Notes: generated by a model from the letters alone, not told the origin. A stretch of DNA of 64,000 bases from Sedimentisphaeraceae bacterium JB056 (GCA_044440125.1 JBITAJ010000029.1:320001-384000); one strand, 5' to 3'. Counted from the first letter of the stretch, positions 1 through 9,917 are shown. Translations and numbers: made by a program.

Positions 1-801
1 GAAGATATATGCCAAGCCGATGTGATATATTTAGGTGAGCGGCATACTATAGACAGGCATCATGATGTGCAGCTTAAAGTTATAAGCGACCTTTGTGAGG
101 GTGAGAGGAAAATCATTCTTGGTCTTGAACAGCTTGGTGAATATCAGCAGGAGATAATTGGTAAATATAATTCCGGTGACATTTCTCTTGACGAACTTGT
201 CAGCCAAACTGACTGGCCTGCTAACTGGAGCAACTATCAGGATTACCTGCCTTTATTAGAAAGAGTGAGAGCTTCGGATGGAATTGTTGCAGGCCTTAAT
301 GCAAGATCTGAAATTATACGTAAGGTGGCAAGAATGGGAATTGATAAGCTTGACGAAAATGATAGAAGTCAACTTCCTCAAAGCATTAATACTGATAAGC
401 CTGAATATAAAAAGTATCTCTCGAAAGTTATGTGGTCTATGCGGCATGTAACGGGTGATGAGTCGATGATGGAGCGGATGTATACTGCGCAGATGTGTCG
501 TGATGAGAAAATGGCTGAGAGCTTGCAGAAAATTTGCGAAAGATACGATGAAGATAATTGGCTTGCTGTAGTTGTTGCAGGCAGTGGACACGTGCGAAAC
601 GGGGCTGGTATGCCTGAGTGCTTCAAAAGAAGAATGCCGCAGGTGAGCGACAGGATAATAATTGCATCTTCGTGTGGGCAATTATCTCTGGATAAAAAAA
701 TGAGTGCAATGAGTCGTGATATAGAAATGACTCATGAAGAATTCGGGAGTATCTCGAATCATGTTGCAGATTATATAAATGTGATTAGTAATTTTGATTA
801 A
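1..801 (+). CDS. ChaN-family (haem-uptake, EreA/ChaN-like) protein, 5'-truncated by the window edge
   Basis: Frame is open from base 1; motifs IYLGERH, ILGLEQ, RDEKMAESL and VVAGSGHV match the ChaN family. Confidence 0.75.
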   Translation, partial: EDICQADVIYLGERHTIDRHHDVQLKVISDLCEGERKIILGLEQLGEYQQEIIGKYNSGDISLDELVSQTDWPANWSNYQDYLPLLERVRASDGIVAGLNARSEIIRKVARMGIDKLDENDRSQLPQSINTDKPEYKKYLSKVMWSMRHVTGDESMMERMYTAQMCRDEKMAESLQKICERYDEDNWLAVVVAGSGHVRNGAGMPECFKRRMPQVSDRIIIASSCGQLSLDKKMSAMSRDIEMTHEEFGSISNHVADYINVISNFD

Positions 802-814
802 AGGAAAAAAGGAA

Positions 815-1768
815 ATGAAAAAAAGATTTGATATGTCAACTTGGATGAAATCAGTTTTAGTTGTTTTAGTTTGTTTGTGTAATCTTACTTTCGCAGGAGA
901 GAAAATGGATGAGGTTGCTGAAGATGGTTCGCCGGGGCTTTTAATAATAGCTCATGGTGCTCCTTGGCCCCGGTGGAACCAGCCTGTGCTTCAGCTCGGT
1001 GAAGATGTTGTAAGTATGCTTGGTGAAGGTAGCCCTTTCTCAAAGATTAAAGTTGTGTTTATGGAATTTGCCAAGCCGACAGTGGCAGATGGTATAAAGG
1101 AATTTGAACAGGCCGGTTGCAACCGAATTGTTGCTGTACCGCTTTTAATTGCGCCTTCATCACATTCTCATTGGGATATTCCTGCTCTTCTGGGAGTTTA
1201 TAGCAGCAGTGAGATGGAAGAAGAGCTTAAAGCCGAAGGTGCAGAAATTGTCCGAAGCAAACTTCCGATAACTATCACACCCACCATCTCTTCCAGTGAT
1301 GTAATACAAAAAGTGATGCTCAAGAGAGTGATGGAGTATAGTAAGTCGCCGAAGGATGAAGCGGTTGTTTTGCTGGCTCATGGCGATCATGTAATTCCGA
1401 ATGTGTGGAATGATTTTATGAAACAGACGATAACCTTTATTTGCGGTAATTCAAAAATAAGCTATGGTGATTGGGCTTGTGTTGAGATGGGGCAAAGTTA
1501 TACTGATGCAGTTTCTGCTATAGCAAAAGCAGGAGAGAAACGCAAGCGTGTTATTGTTGTTGGTTCTTATCTTTCGATGGGTGTTGATAAGCTGCATCAG
1601 CGATGGCTCAAAACAAATTCTGGTGAAGTTCATGGTCATTCAGAAGCGGAAGATCCGTTTGATGGAATTGAAGTTGTCTGTGCTTCAAAAGGACTCCTGC
1701 CTGATAAACTTGTTGCAGAATGGATAGTAGAAACAGCCGTTTCTGAAATTGATCGAAATGGGAAATAG
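815..1768 (+). CDS. CbiX/SirB-type class II chelatase with N-terminal signal peptide
   Basis: LLIIAHG, FMEFAKPTV, VAVPLLIAPSSHSHWDIP and a second-domain VVLLAHG; hydrophobic leader ending NLTFA; start may be 815 or 833. Confidence 0.75.
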   Translation: MKKRFDMSTWMKSVLVVLVCLCNLTFAGEKMDEVAEDGSPGLLIIAHGAPWPRWNQPVLQLGEDVVSMLGEGSPFSKIKVVFMEFAKPTVADGIKEFEQAGCNRIVAVPLLIAPSSHSHWDIPALLGVYSSSEMEEELKAEGAEIVRSKLPITITPTISSSDVIQKVMLKRVMEYSKSPKDEAVVLLAHGDHVIPNVWNDFMKQTITFICGNSKISYGDWACVEMGQSYTDAVSAIAKAGEKRKRVIVVGSYLSMGVDKLHQRWLKTNSGEVHGHSEAEDPFDGIEVVCASKGLLPDKLVAEWIVETAVSEIDRNGK

Positions 1769-1780
1769 TTTCTTTTTTTT

Positions 1781-1813
1781 AAGGCTGTCAAATAGTTAAT
1801 TTGGCAGCCTTTT
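1781..1813. terminator. Hairpin between convergent genes, likely intrinsic terminator
   Basis: AAGGCTGTCAAA-loop-TTTGGCAGCCTT followed by TT. Confidence 0.6.
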
Positions 1814-1818
1814 GATAT

Positions 1819-3027
1819 TTAGTGTATTTTTTTGATCCAGTTCTTTATGGCAGATATTGCCTCATTCTTGGTTTTGATGATCTCATCAAGCTGGTTTTGA
1901 TAAAGCTTACGGCATAACTTGCCTATTTGAGGCCCGTTTGGTGCGCCAAGCTCTATTATCTCATTGCCATTAAGAAGTGGGGGAGGAAGAAGTACCGTAT
2001 CCTTGAGTTTTTCTGCTCTTTGCATGATCAACTCAAGGTTTTCGGTGCTTTTTGATTCTGATAACTGGCAGCCTCGTTGTATATCGAAGAGCATCGCAAA
2101 CCTTTTGTCTGCAAGAAGCGGCCGCAGTGTTGAAAGTTTCATGTCTGGCTCGAGAAGCTGATTCTTATTTTCAATTACCCAGTTTATTGCTTTGTTCTGA
2201 TTATTACTCAGTTTCAGAGGTCTTACGAGCTTTTCTGCTTTTGTTGAGCTGCATTTGCAGAGCATTGTTCCAAGCCCTTTTTCAAGTGAGACGGGACTTG
2301 TGATTTTCTCCAGTACTTTTATGCCTTGCGATATTTCGTCTTTTGTTAATGTTGGGAATATCAGTTCAAGGATGCCGCTCTCAACGAGCATAGTGATTCC
2401 GGCCGCTCGTCTTTCACATCCGAATACTCTTTCCAATTCGGCAGCTATTCTTTCTCCGCTTATCTTTTCGATATTGGGGGCGAGTTTCTTTATGGCTTTC
2501 CAGGTGGAGGTTTCAATTTTATATCCTAATTCGGCAGAGAATCTTATTGCTCTGAGCATTCTCAGATAGTCTTCGTCGAACCTTTCCTGCGGTTTGCCGA
2601 TAGTTCTTATAAGCTGCTTCTCAAGATCTTCTTTGCCTCCTACGAAATCAATCACTTCATCATTTATCGGGTCGTAAAACATGCCGTTTATGGTGAAGTC
2701 ACGGCGAAGTGCATCTGTTTTGGGATCAGAGAAGGTGATGTGTTCAGGCCTTCTGCCGTCGGAATAGTAACCGTCCGAGCGAAATGTTGCTACTTCAATC
2801 TGCTCATTTTCTATCAATACGATTACAACGCCGAATTGAGCACCTACCTCTATTCTCCTGCGGAATAATTTACAAACCTGATCAGGTGTTGCGCTTGTGG
2901 CAACATCAAAATCTTTTGGTTTGCGGTTGATGAGCATGTCACGTACACAACCACCGGCAAAGAGTGCCTGATATCCGGCATCTCTCAGTTGATTCAAAAC
3001 TTTTATCGCTGCTTCTTTATTTGTCAT
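1819..3027 (-). CDS. cca: Class II tRNA nucleotidyltransferase (CCA-adding enzyme)
   Basis: GGCVRD..KDFDVAT, EVATFR, DALRRDFTING, EDYLRMLRAIRF, SGERIAAEL; flexible loop (SDGRRP) present. Confidence 0.85.
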   Translation of the reverse strand: MTNKEAAIKVLNQLRDAGYQALFAGGCVRDMLINRKPKDFDVATSATPDQVCKLFRRRIEVGAQFGVVIVLIENEQIEVATFRSDGYYSDGRRPEHITFSDPKTDALRRDFTINGMFYDPINDEVIDFVGGKEDLEKQLIRTIGKPQERFDEDYLRMLRAIRFSAELGYKIETSTWKAIKKLAPNIEKISGERIAAELERVFGCERRAAGITMLVESGILELIFPTLTKDEISQGIKVLEKITSPVSLEKGLGTMLCKCSSTKAEKLVRPLKLSNNQNKAINWVIENKNQLLEPDMKLSTLRPLLADKRFAMLFDIQRGCQLSESKSTENLELIMQRAEKLKDTVLLPPPLLNGNEIIELGAPNGPQIGKLCRKLYQNQLDEIIKTKNEAISAIKNWIKKIH

Positions 3028-3052
3028 CGTGTTGCTTAAGGTTATGCTGGTA

Positions 3053-3673
3053 TTATTCTATAAAGTCTTCAATGTCGCGTTCGAGTTCGTACTGGTCGTT
3101 GTAGCGGCGGAGAAATGTTTCGGTCATGTTTCCCCATTGACGCCTTTCGATTACTTTCAGCTCGCCGTAGCTGTCATCAAGTACACTTCTGTGATGAGTG
3201 CGAGCCAATACCAGTCCTCCCGGGCGCATCTGCTCGTTCATGGTAAGGAGCATTCGGCCGAGCTTGGAGCTTGCACCTGCATTCTTTGTAAGCGGGAAGG
3301 GCGGGTCGACAAAAGCCAAATCATATAAACCTTCGCCGGGTACCAAGGGGGCTCCTGCCTTGAAGGCATCTGTTCGTACCACACGGCTGTAATCCTGATA
3401 GCGGGCTTTTTCGATGTTGCGGTTTAATATCTCAACTACTTCGCGATTTAATTCAACGAATGTCACCTCTGCTGCTCCGCGGCTCAGTGCCTCAAGACCG
3501 AATGAACCTGTCCCGCTGAATATGTCGGCTACCTTGCACTCAGCCGGCATATCATAAGCATTTGTGAGTATGCTGAAAATAGACTCTTTAACCCTGTCGG
3601 TTATTGGCCTTGTTGTGTTTCCTTTGGGGCTGAATAAATTCATACCCTTGCGTTCACCTGCTATTATTCTCAT
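3053..3673 (-). CDS. rsmD: 16S rRNA (guanine(966)-N2)-methyltransferase
   Basis: MRIIAG, RPITDRVKESIF, DIFSGTGSFGLEALSRGA, DPPF. Confidence 0.92.
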   Translation of the reverse strand: MRIIAGERKGMNLFSPKGNTTRPITDRVKESIFSILTNAYDMPAECKVADIFSGTGSFGLEALSRGAAEVTFVELNREVVEILNRNIEKARYQDYSRVVRTDAFKAGAPLVPGEGLYDLAFVDPPFPLTKNAGASSKLGRMLLTMNEQMRPGGLVLARTHHRSVLDDSYGELKVIERRQWGNMTETFLRRYNDQYELERDIEDFIE

Positions 3674-3746
3674 CAAAAAATTCCGATCATTTTTGTTTTC
3701 TTAACGATATGCGTTGTCTATGGGTGTTTGGGCTGGGGCTGAATCA

Positions 3747-4631
3747 TTAGTCTTTGGGATATCTCAGGTCTATATATTTGTATTTTCCTTTGAGTGTTCC
3801 TTTTGTCCGGAACATTTCATACAGTGACATGAGTTTCTGTTCTTCCGGCATTTCAACATTTGCCGCTGCCTGTCCGGGTTCTGCTCCCCAGAGTATTTCA
3901 GGGCCGTCTATTGTTTTGATGATAAGTTGAGAAACCGATGAACCGCGTTTGTTGAAATTGCTTACATCAACGCTCTCGATCTCGTATATAAGCTTCTTCG
4001 TTTGCCCTTTGTCCATTTCCTGAAGCATTCGTATTAGTTTTACCGCTGCCGCGATATCGTCCTCACGCCATGGCTGACCTGGTATCGGCTTTTCCTTGTT
4101 TTTGAAACCGGTTATCTCTACGATACTAAGTGAGTTCATAGGTATGTAGTCAAGTGCATAGAATTCATGATCCACGTAGAACGTGCCGCCTTGTGTTTTC
4201 AAAGAAGCAACCGGTTTGCGGTATTTTGCTCTTACCTCGATAACATCGTGGGCAGTACGTACTGAAATATCTGTGAGCCATTTGAGGTGGCTGTCAAGAT
4301 TGCGTGCGACCATTTCGGCTGTTGCCGGCTCAATAGGCAACCTTTCGAGTCCCATTTTAGCGGTCTCATTGATTCGTTTGAGCAATTCCTGATTGACCCA
4401 GTCGGGTCTGTCAACAAGCCGCAGAGGTACGGAGCTTTCATGTTCATTGTAGAGATCGTTTCGTACAAAATCCTCAAGCTTGACAAATCCGTAACATATG
4501 CCGCCTATCATTACGAGCATTGTTATGACAGTAGCCGCCCTGAAAAGGTTTTTTGTATTACCCTTGCGGCTTCTGCGGGTTTTAGGTTTCCGCGTTGTAG
4601 TTTTTTTAGTTTTTTGTCTCTGTTTAGCCAT
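3747..4631 (-). CDS. FtsQ/DivIB-like bitopic cell-division protein
   Basis: Basic cytoplasmic N-terminus, one TM helix, periplasmic domain ending YKYIDLR; lies directly downstream of ddl as in dcw clusters. Confidence 0.6.
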   Translation of the reverse strand: MAKQRQKTKKTTTRKPKTRRSRKGNTKNLFRAATVITMLVMIGGICYGFVKLEDFVRNDLYNEHESSVPLRLVDRPDWVNQELLKRINETAKMGLERLPIEPATAEMVARNLDSHLKWLTDISVRTAHDVIEVRAKYRKPVASLKTQGGTFYVDHEFYALDYIPMNSLSIVEITGFKNKEKPIPGQPWREDDIAAAVKLIRMLQEMDKGQTKKLIYEIESVDVSNFNKRGSSVSQLIIKTIDGPEILWGAEPGQAAANVEMPEEQKLMSLYEMFRTKGTLKGKYKYIDLRYPKD

Positions 4632-4673
4632 ATCAACTTCTTAGATTTTTCGCTGCTGGTCAAAACCGAGGTC

Positions 4674-5585
4674 TTATTCGGCAGATTCCAATATTTTAAC
4701 ACATAACTGCCCCTGACTCAACCCTGACTTTTCAGCGGCCTTGGGCAGAAGCGAGTGGCTTGTGAACCCGGGAATCGTGTTGATCTCAAGTATATAGAAG
4801 CTGTTATCTTCTGTGAGCAGAAAATCAACTCTCGAAAATCCTCTGCAACCCATTGCCTCGAAACACTTTAACGCAGACTGCTGCATATCGCTGATTAGTT
4901 TTCCGTCAGCAAGTGTGTCGAAGAGGTATTCGGTGCTATCGGATATATACTTGGCATTATAGTCGTAAAAACTTTCTTTCGGGCATATTTCTATCAATGG
5001 CAGGGCGTCTCCGGCGAGAATGCCTACGGTAAATTCCCGCGCCTTGATGAATTTTTCAATCAGCGACCTGCCGTATTTCGCTGTGCATTGTTGAGCCGTT
5101 TGCAGGGCATCGGATTTATCGACAATCATAACGCCTGTACTGCTGCCTTCGCATGCCGGCTTGATTACTACTTTTTCTCCCATATTCTCCAGCTCGGACG
5201 CGACGCTTTCCCAATTGCTGTCTTTGTCTATGGTTATCCAGTGGGGAGTGGGCAGATTGTTGGCTTTCAGGATTTCTTTGGTCTTTATCTTGTCGAAGGA
5301 CATCTTTGACGATTTTGAATCACTGCCGGTGAAACGAAGACCTTTGGCCTCCAATTCTGATTGCAACGAGCCGTCTTCGCCCCATGTTCCATGAAGCATA
5401 ATGAAGAAGATATCTATTGATTTGTCATCAAGTATTGCCATGTTCTCAGGTGTGATGTCTACTCCGCAGGCATCAATCCCCTCAGACGTTAGCGCTCTGA
5501 CGACATTTTCTCCGCTGTTGAGCGATACTTCCCGTTCGCTTCCAACGCCTCCCATTAATACGGCAACCTTCCCTGAAAAAGCCAT
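4674..5585 (-). CDS. ddl: D-alanine--D-alanine ligase
   Basis: GGVGSEREVSLNSG, LHGTWGEDG, KPACEGSSTG, FYDYNAKY, EINTIPG. Confidence 0.95.
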   Translation of the reverse strand: MAFSGKVAVLMGGVGSEREVSLNSGENVVRALTSEGIDACGVDITPENMAILDDKSIDIFFIMLHGTWGEDGSLQSELEAKGLRFTGSDSKSSKMSFDKIKTKEILKANNLPTPHWITIDKDSNWESVASELENMGEKVVIKPACEGSSTGVMIVDKSDALQTAQQCTAKYGRSLIEKFIKAREFTVGILAGDALPLIEICPKESFYDYNAKYISDSTEYLFDTLADGKLISDMQQSALKCFEAMGCRGFSRVDFLLTEDNSFYILEINTIPGFTSHSLLPKAAEKSGLSQGQLCVKILESAE

Positions 5586-5666
5586 AATTATAAGTCCTGT
5601 ATAATTTTATGATAAGTAAGTAATGCAAATATCTTTGTGTAAATGATGCACAAAATATATGAAATC

Positions 5667-5694
5667 AGTATATATCAGAAGTGTAAAAAGTCAA
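5667..5694 (-). promoter_or_regulatory. Putative sigma70 promoter of the ddl-ftsQ-rsmD-cca unit
   Basis: Minus strand TTGACT-16 nt-TATACT. Confidence 0.45.
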
Positions 5695-5807
5695 GATTTT
5701 ATAAATGTTGTTTTTTTCCATGTTGATACGCTCACCTAAGCCTGGCAGTGCCGCGATATCACAATACAACTGCTTTAATTTGCTTTGCAAATATAAATAT
5801 TTCCCGC

Positions 5808-5836
5808 TTGCACGATTCTGCATCCGATAATATAAT
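5808..5836 (+). promoter_or_regulatory. Putative sigma70 promoter reading into the accessory island
   Basis: TTGCAC-17 nt-TATAAT. Confidence 0.45.
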
Positions 5837-6113
5837 GGCATATGATAATTGCCGATGTACTGTGTGACTAACAGGCATTCCTGTATTTATAATTGAGGTG
5901 GGTATTGGGTGGCTAACAATGAAAATGAGAGCAAAAGAGAGACCTGGCCATTTAATTGGGTCTAAAAGACAATAACAAGGTAGTCCTGACAAGCGAAGGT
6001 ATAAACCCACAAATAATAATCGGTCAGCTACCAGTAAGTAATGAGTAGAGGTGATAAAAAGGCCTAAATAGATAATTGTCTAATAATGTTCGGTATACTA
6101 TTTATTAAAGTAA

Positions 6114-6941
6114 ATGGAAAAGATGAAAGAAATAACAAAAGTCGAACCACACTTTATTGCGTATTTTGACATACTTGGTTACAAAGAAGCCATCAAGGAT
6201 AATCAGAATATTCTTTTAAGGGATATTAGCAAAGCTATGGATAGAATCGAAGATATAGTCAGAAAAGTCAACTTATATATGTCCCGTATATATGAAATGA
6301 GTAATCCTAATGATGAGCTTGAGTTGGAAGTAATACCCATTGGCAAGCGAGTGTTTTCTGACAACGTGCTTCTTTACGCAAAGGTTACCGGTAATGATTT
6401 AATGAAACTTTATCATCTACTTGGTTTTATAACTACCTGTGGTATAGTACAACAAGAATGTCTGCTTAGATATGGATTATTGATTCGTGGTTCAATTACA
6501 ATGGGTGATTTTTATCAAAATGAAACATTTTTATTCGGTCAATCACTAATAAGAGCATACGAACTTGAATCTTCTATTGCAGTGTATCCTCGTATAGTAA
6601 TCGATAAACCTTGTATCGATTTGTTTTCATCTTGCAATGATGAATCTTCAGTACTGCTTGCGTTCAATAGATTGAAAAATAAAGCTATTTTTAATGATAA
6701 GGATGGTATTGCTTACGTGAATTACTTGGGTACAGGTCAAAACAATAAAATCGAGTTTGAAGATAGACTTGAACGCCATAAGGAAAAAATAGTAGGAAAG
6801 ATAGAGGCAGTTGGTCGCACTATGAAAGAGTTACGCACTTCTAATGATAAAATATTCTACAAGTTGTCGTGGATAGCAAATTATCATAATGAATTCTGCA
6901 AAAAATATGAAATGGAGAATCATAGTATAAAAGAAGTATAA
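6114..6941 (+). CDS. Class III nucleotidyl-cyclase-like hypothetical protein
   Basis: FIAYFDILGYK, FSDNV, IRGSITMGD and FGQSLIRAYELES..AVYPRI resemble cyclase motifs; AT-rich. Confidence 0.6.
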   Translation: MEKMKEITKVEPHFIAYFDILGYKEAIKDNQNILLRDISKAMDRIEDIVRKVNLYMSRIYEMSNPNDELELEVIPIGKRVFSDNVLLYAKVTGNDLMKLYHLLGFITTCGIVQQECLLRYGLLIRGSITMGDFYQNETFLFGQSLIRAYELESSIAVYPRIVIDKPCIDLFSSCNDESSVLLAFNRLKNKAIFNDKDGIAYVNYLGTGQNNKIEFEDRLERHKEKIVGKIEAVGRTMKELRTSNDKIFYKLSWIANYHNEFCKKYEMENHSIKEV

Positions 6942-6956
6942 TATGGTGCCGAACAC

Positions 6957-7125
6957 TATTGGACAGTTACCTATTACCATTTTAATGTCACATGGTATTA
7001 TGAAATGAAGAATGGGGAAAGTTGGCTTGGGCTGTTTTGATAAATTGTATGAGAAGAGAGAAATTGGTAATAGGGGACGGTTACCAATACTGTTCGACGA
7101 TAATAGGGTACAGTTACCTGTTTTT
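6957..7125. repeat. Cluster of degenerate palindromic repeats, consensus AATAGGGGACAGTTACCTATT
   Basis: GGACAGTTACCTATT (6961), AATAGGGGACGGTTACCAAT (7069), AATAGGGTACAGTTACCTGTT (7102). Confidence 0.6.
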
Positions 7126-7195
7126 CGTTCGGTGTTACGGCTGAGGAGATGCAAGAGTTTAACGAATGGAATAGTGGATGGTAAACGGAGGCTAA

Positions 7196-7687
7196 ATGAG
7201 CATTATAGGCTTGCTTTTTTGCATATTGTTAATTACAGAGTGGTATCTTTGGGAACATTGGAATTTGTTGTATTTTAACACAGGTTGCATGTTATACAGA
7301 CAGACATTAGCTCCTGAAAGTGAATTTAATAGTACAGCCAAAGGTATGCTGTCAAGAGATGGAGGCAACGTTGCCAGCTATGGAAATTTGAGACTGAAAA
7401 GGAAATCTGATACAGAGATTGTAATAAGAAAGAAACGATTCTTGACCTTGCCTGTTCGTGGTAAAGTTGTTTTTGATGAAAACGGATCGCAACATAAAGT
7501 ATGCGTGTATATACACTGGTATGCTTTGTATATTTATCTTTTTGTTGCAATCGAAATTGGCAAAGATATATTTAGTCATCCAATCCTCGTATTTGCAGGA
7601 TTATTTGGCTGGACTACAATAATGTATTTCAAATTAATAGATAGCTTGTTAAAAGAAATAGGTATTACAAAATTTGACCCTTGGTAA
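7196..7687 (+). CDS. Small membrane protein (about 3 TM segments), function unknown
   Basis: RBS GGAGG; one N-terminal and two C-terminal hydrophobic segments. Confidence 0.7.
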   Translation: MSIIGLLFCILLITEWYLWEHWNLLYFNTGCMLYRQTLAPESEFNSTAKGMLSRDGGNVASYGNLRLKRKSDTEIVIRKKRFLTLPVRGKVVFDENGSQHKVCVYIHWYALYIYLFVAIEIGKDIFSHPILVFAGLFGWTTIMYFKLIDSLLKEIGITKFDPW

Positions 7688-7763
7688 ATGTAGCAAAATA
7701 TATATATTTATATAATGGCAATTTGATGACTGCGGAAGAGAGAACGAAACGGGGCATGTGGAT

Positions 7764-7785
7764 AATAGGGGCAGTTATCGATTTT
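7764..7785. repeat. Further degenerate copy of the AATAGGGGACAGTT repeat
   Basis: AATAGGGGCAGTTATCGATT downstream of the 7196 CDS. Confidence 0.4.
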
Positions 7786-7836
7786 TGCTTGGAGAGAATT
7801 AAGAAACTATGAAAAGTTGATTTAGAAGGTGATTGA

Positions 7837-9411
7837 ATGAAAACACGAAGAGATTTTATGAAGATAGCCGCAACATCAGCGGCGAGCTTAGCTCTCAGCA
7901 GTTGCAGTTCGGCATTAAAGCTTGCATCTGCAAACAAAAATAAAAGACCTAATGTCTTATTTTGTATATCGGATGATCAGTCCTGGGTCCATGCCAGTGC
8001 ATACGGCGCGTCGGATTTAGCACAAACGCCGGTCTTTGACCGTCTTGCAGAGCAGGGAGTACTTTTCACTGGCTGCTTTTCTGTCGCACCCAGTTGTTCG
8101 CCGGCCCGTGCGAGCCTGTTGACCGGTCGAAATATTTGGCAGAACGAAGAAGCCGGAGTGCATTTGTCGCTCTTTCCTGCTAAGTTTCCAATCTTCAGCG
8201 AAGTGCTGGGAGCCAATGGCTACCGCGTCGGTACTGCCGGCAAGGTCTGGGGGCCCGGCGACTATAGGCTCGGAGGCGAGAATGTGGCACGTACAGCTAA
8301 GCCTGGTGCCGGACAAAGGATAGAAGCGACTCCGGCGGCATTTGAACAATTTATCAAAGAAGGTAACGAAGAAGAGCCATTCTTTTTCTGGTTCGGTGCA
8401 AAGGACCCGCATCGACCCTACGATCGCAAAGAGCGAACCCAGGCCTGGGGAGACCGAACTGTTACGGCCGAAGATGTCCCTCCATTTTTACCGGATATTC
8501 CTGAAATTCGTGAGGACCTGGCTGATTACGCATTTGAGATCGAGCGATTTGACAGCCAGGTCGGTCAGCTCCTTGATGTTCTGAAAAAAACTGGCCAAGC
8601 CGCAAATACCATGGTAGTGGTTACAGGTGATAACGGTATGCCGTTCCCTCGTGCCAAGCGTGAATGCTATGAATATGGAACGCATGTGCCACTGGTTGTT
8701 AGTTGGCCGGCGCAAGTTCCCGCCGGCCGGGTGGTCGACGACCTCGTGAGCTTCATTGATTTGGGACCTACCTTTCTTGATGCAGCAGGTGTCAAAATAC
8801 CCGAACCAATGACGGGTCGCAGTCTTTTGCCCGTGCTTAAATCCGATAAGAGCGGGCTGATTGATGAAGCAGGCGAAATCGTAGTAACTGGTAGAGAGCG
8901 ACACAACATGGCCAGGCCCGGTAATGCCTGCTATCCCGTGCGTGCCATACGTGATCATCAGTATTTATATATTCGCAACCTTGAACCCGACCGCGACCCG
9001 GTAGGAGCTTCGCCTCACTATGCGGATATCGGATATTATTATTATCCGGAAAGACTAAATCGGATTGTGGCCGGCGAGGAAACCGATAAAGCATTGCTGG
9101 CCGCTTTCAAAAAGGGTACCGAGAAACGTCCGGCCGCGGAACTCTACGATATTAAGAAAGACCCCGGCTGTCTGGTGAATCTGGCGGCAGAAGATGATTA
9201 CCAGGCGAGGTGTGAACAGATGTGGGCGATGTTGAAGGCGATCTTGGTGAAGCAGGGGGACCCGCGGATGTTCGGCAAAGGTGAGTGCTTTGAAAGTGTG
9301 CCGACAATACAAGAGAACAAACACAATTTCCCTGGAGTTCCGCCGCAAAGAACTTATACGCCCGGGAAAATGCATTTTGACCACAGTCAGGATACGCCGT
9401 GGAAGTATTGA
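7837..9411 (+). CDS. Tat-exported formylglycine-dependent sulfatase (S1; N-sulfoglucosamine sulfohydrolase-like)
   Basis: Tat motif TRRDFMK, RPNVLFCISDDQ, CSPARASLLTGR (CxPxR), DPHRPY, GDNGMPFPRAK, ELYDIKKDP. Confidence 0.9.
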   Translation: MKTRRDFMKIAATSAASLALSSCSSALKLASANKNKRPNVLFCISDDQSWVHASAYGASDLAQTPVFDRLAEQGVLFTGCFSVAPSCSPARASLLTGRNIWQNEEAGVHLSLFPAKFPIFSEVLGANGYRVGTAGKVWGPGDYRLGGENVARTAKPGAGQRIEATPAAFEQFIKEGNEEEPFFFWFGAKDPHRPYDRKERTQAWGDRTVTAEDVPPFLPDIPEIREDLADYAFEIERFDSQVGQLLDVLKKTGQAANTMVVVTGDNGMPFPRAKRECYEYGTHVPLVVSWPAQVPAGRVVDDLVSFIDLGPTFLDAAGVKIPEPMTGRSLLPVLKSDKSGLIDEAGEIVVTGRERHNMARPGNACYPVRAIRDHQYLYIRNLEPDRDPVGASPHYADIGYYYYPERLNRIVAGEETDKALLAAFKKGTEKRPAAELYDIKKDPGCLVNLAAEDDYQARCEQMWAMLKAILVKQGDPRMFGKGECFESVPTIQENKHNFPGVPPQRTYTPGKMHFDHSQDTPWKY

Positions 9412-9600
9412 TTCCATTTATTATATGAGAAGTCAAAAAAGGGGCGGGTCTAAAAAGGCTCGCTCTTATGTCTTTTCATAGCTTTTTAATTACATATAAG
9501 CAGAAAGAATTGAGTGGGGATGGAGTCTTATGGATTCCGCAAAAATAATTTTTGAGAATTAAGGATAGCGGGACTTTTTCAATAGCCCGCAGTAACGATT

Positions 9601-9917
9601 ATATGAGTATTTTATTTATAATAATCATAATTTTGTTTGGAATTGAAATTGCGGTATTTAGCTACTATACGCACAAATATGATAAACATATATGCGATAA
9701 GTATCCAGAAAATTCTAAATTAACTATTGGGATTTTGTGTGGTGAAGTTTTAGCTCCAAGAGCAATGTTAAATTTATTTTCTAGGAATGACTTATTTCTT
9801 AATGATTCATTTTTGAATAAAACAAAACACTTGGCAAAACGATGGTTACTGTTAGCACTAATAACTTTTATATCTATACCGGTGATATTTACAACCTTAA
9901 TCTTTCTATTGAAATGA
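9601..9917 (+). CDS. Small two-TM hypothetical membrane protein
   Basis: Very AT-rich ORF from ATG 9601 with hydrophobic N- and C-termini. Confidence 0.6.

Noticed and set aside
5843..6060. Possible pseudogene or sRNA downstream of the 5808 promoter
   Set aside because: Only short broken frames and no recognisable structure or family
6957..7125. CRISPR array
   Set aside because: Repeats are degenerate and irregularly spaced, and no cas genes are present
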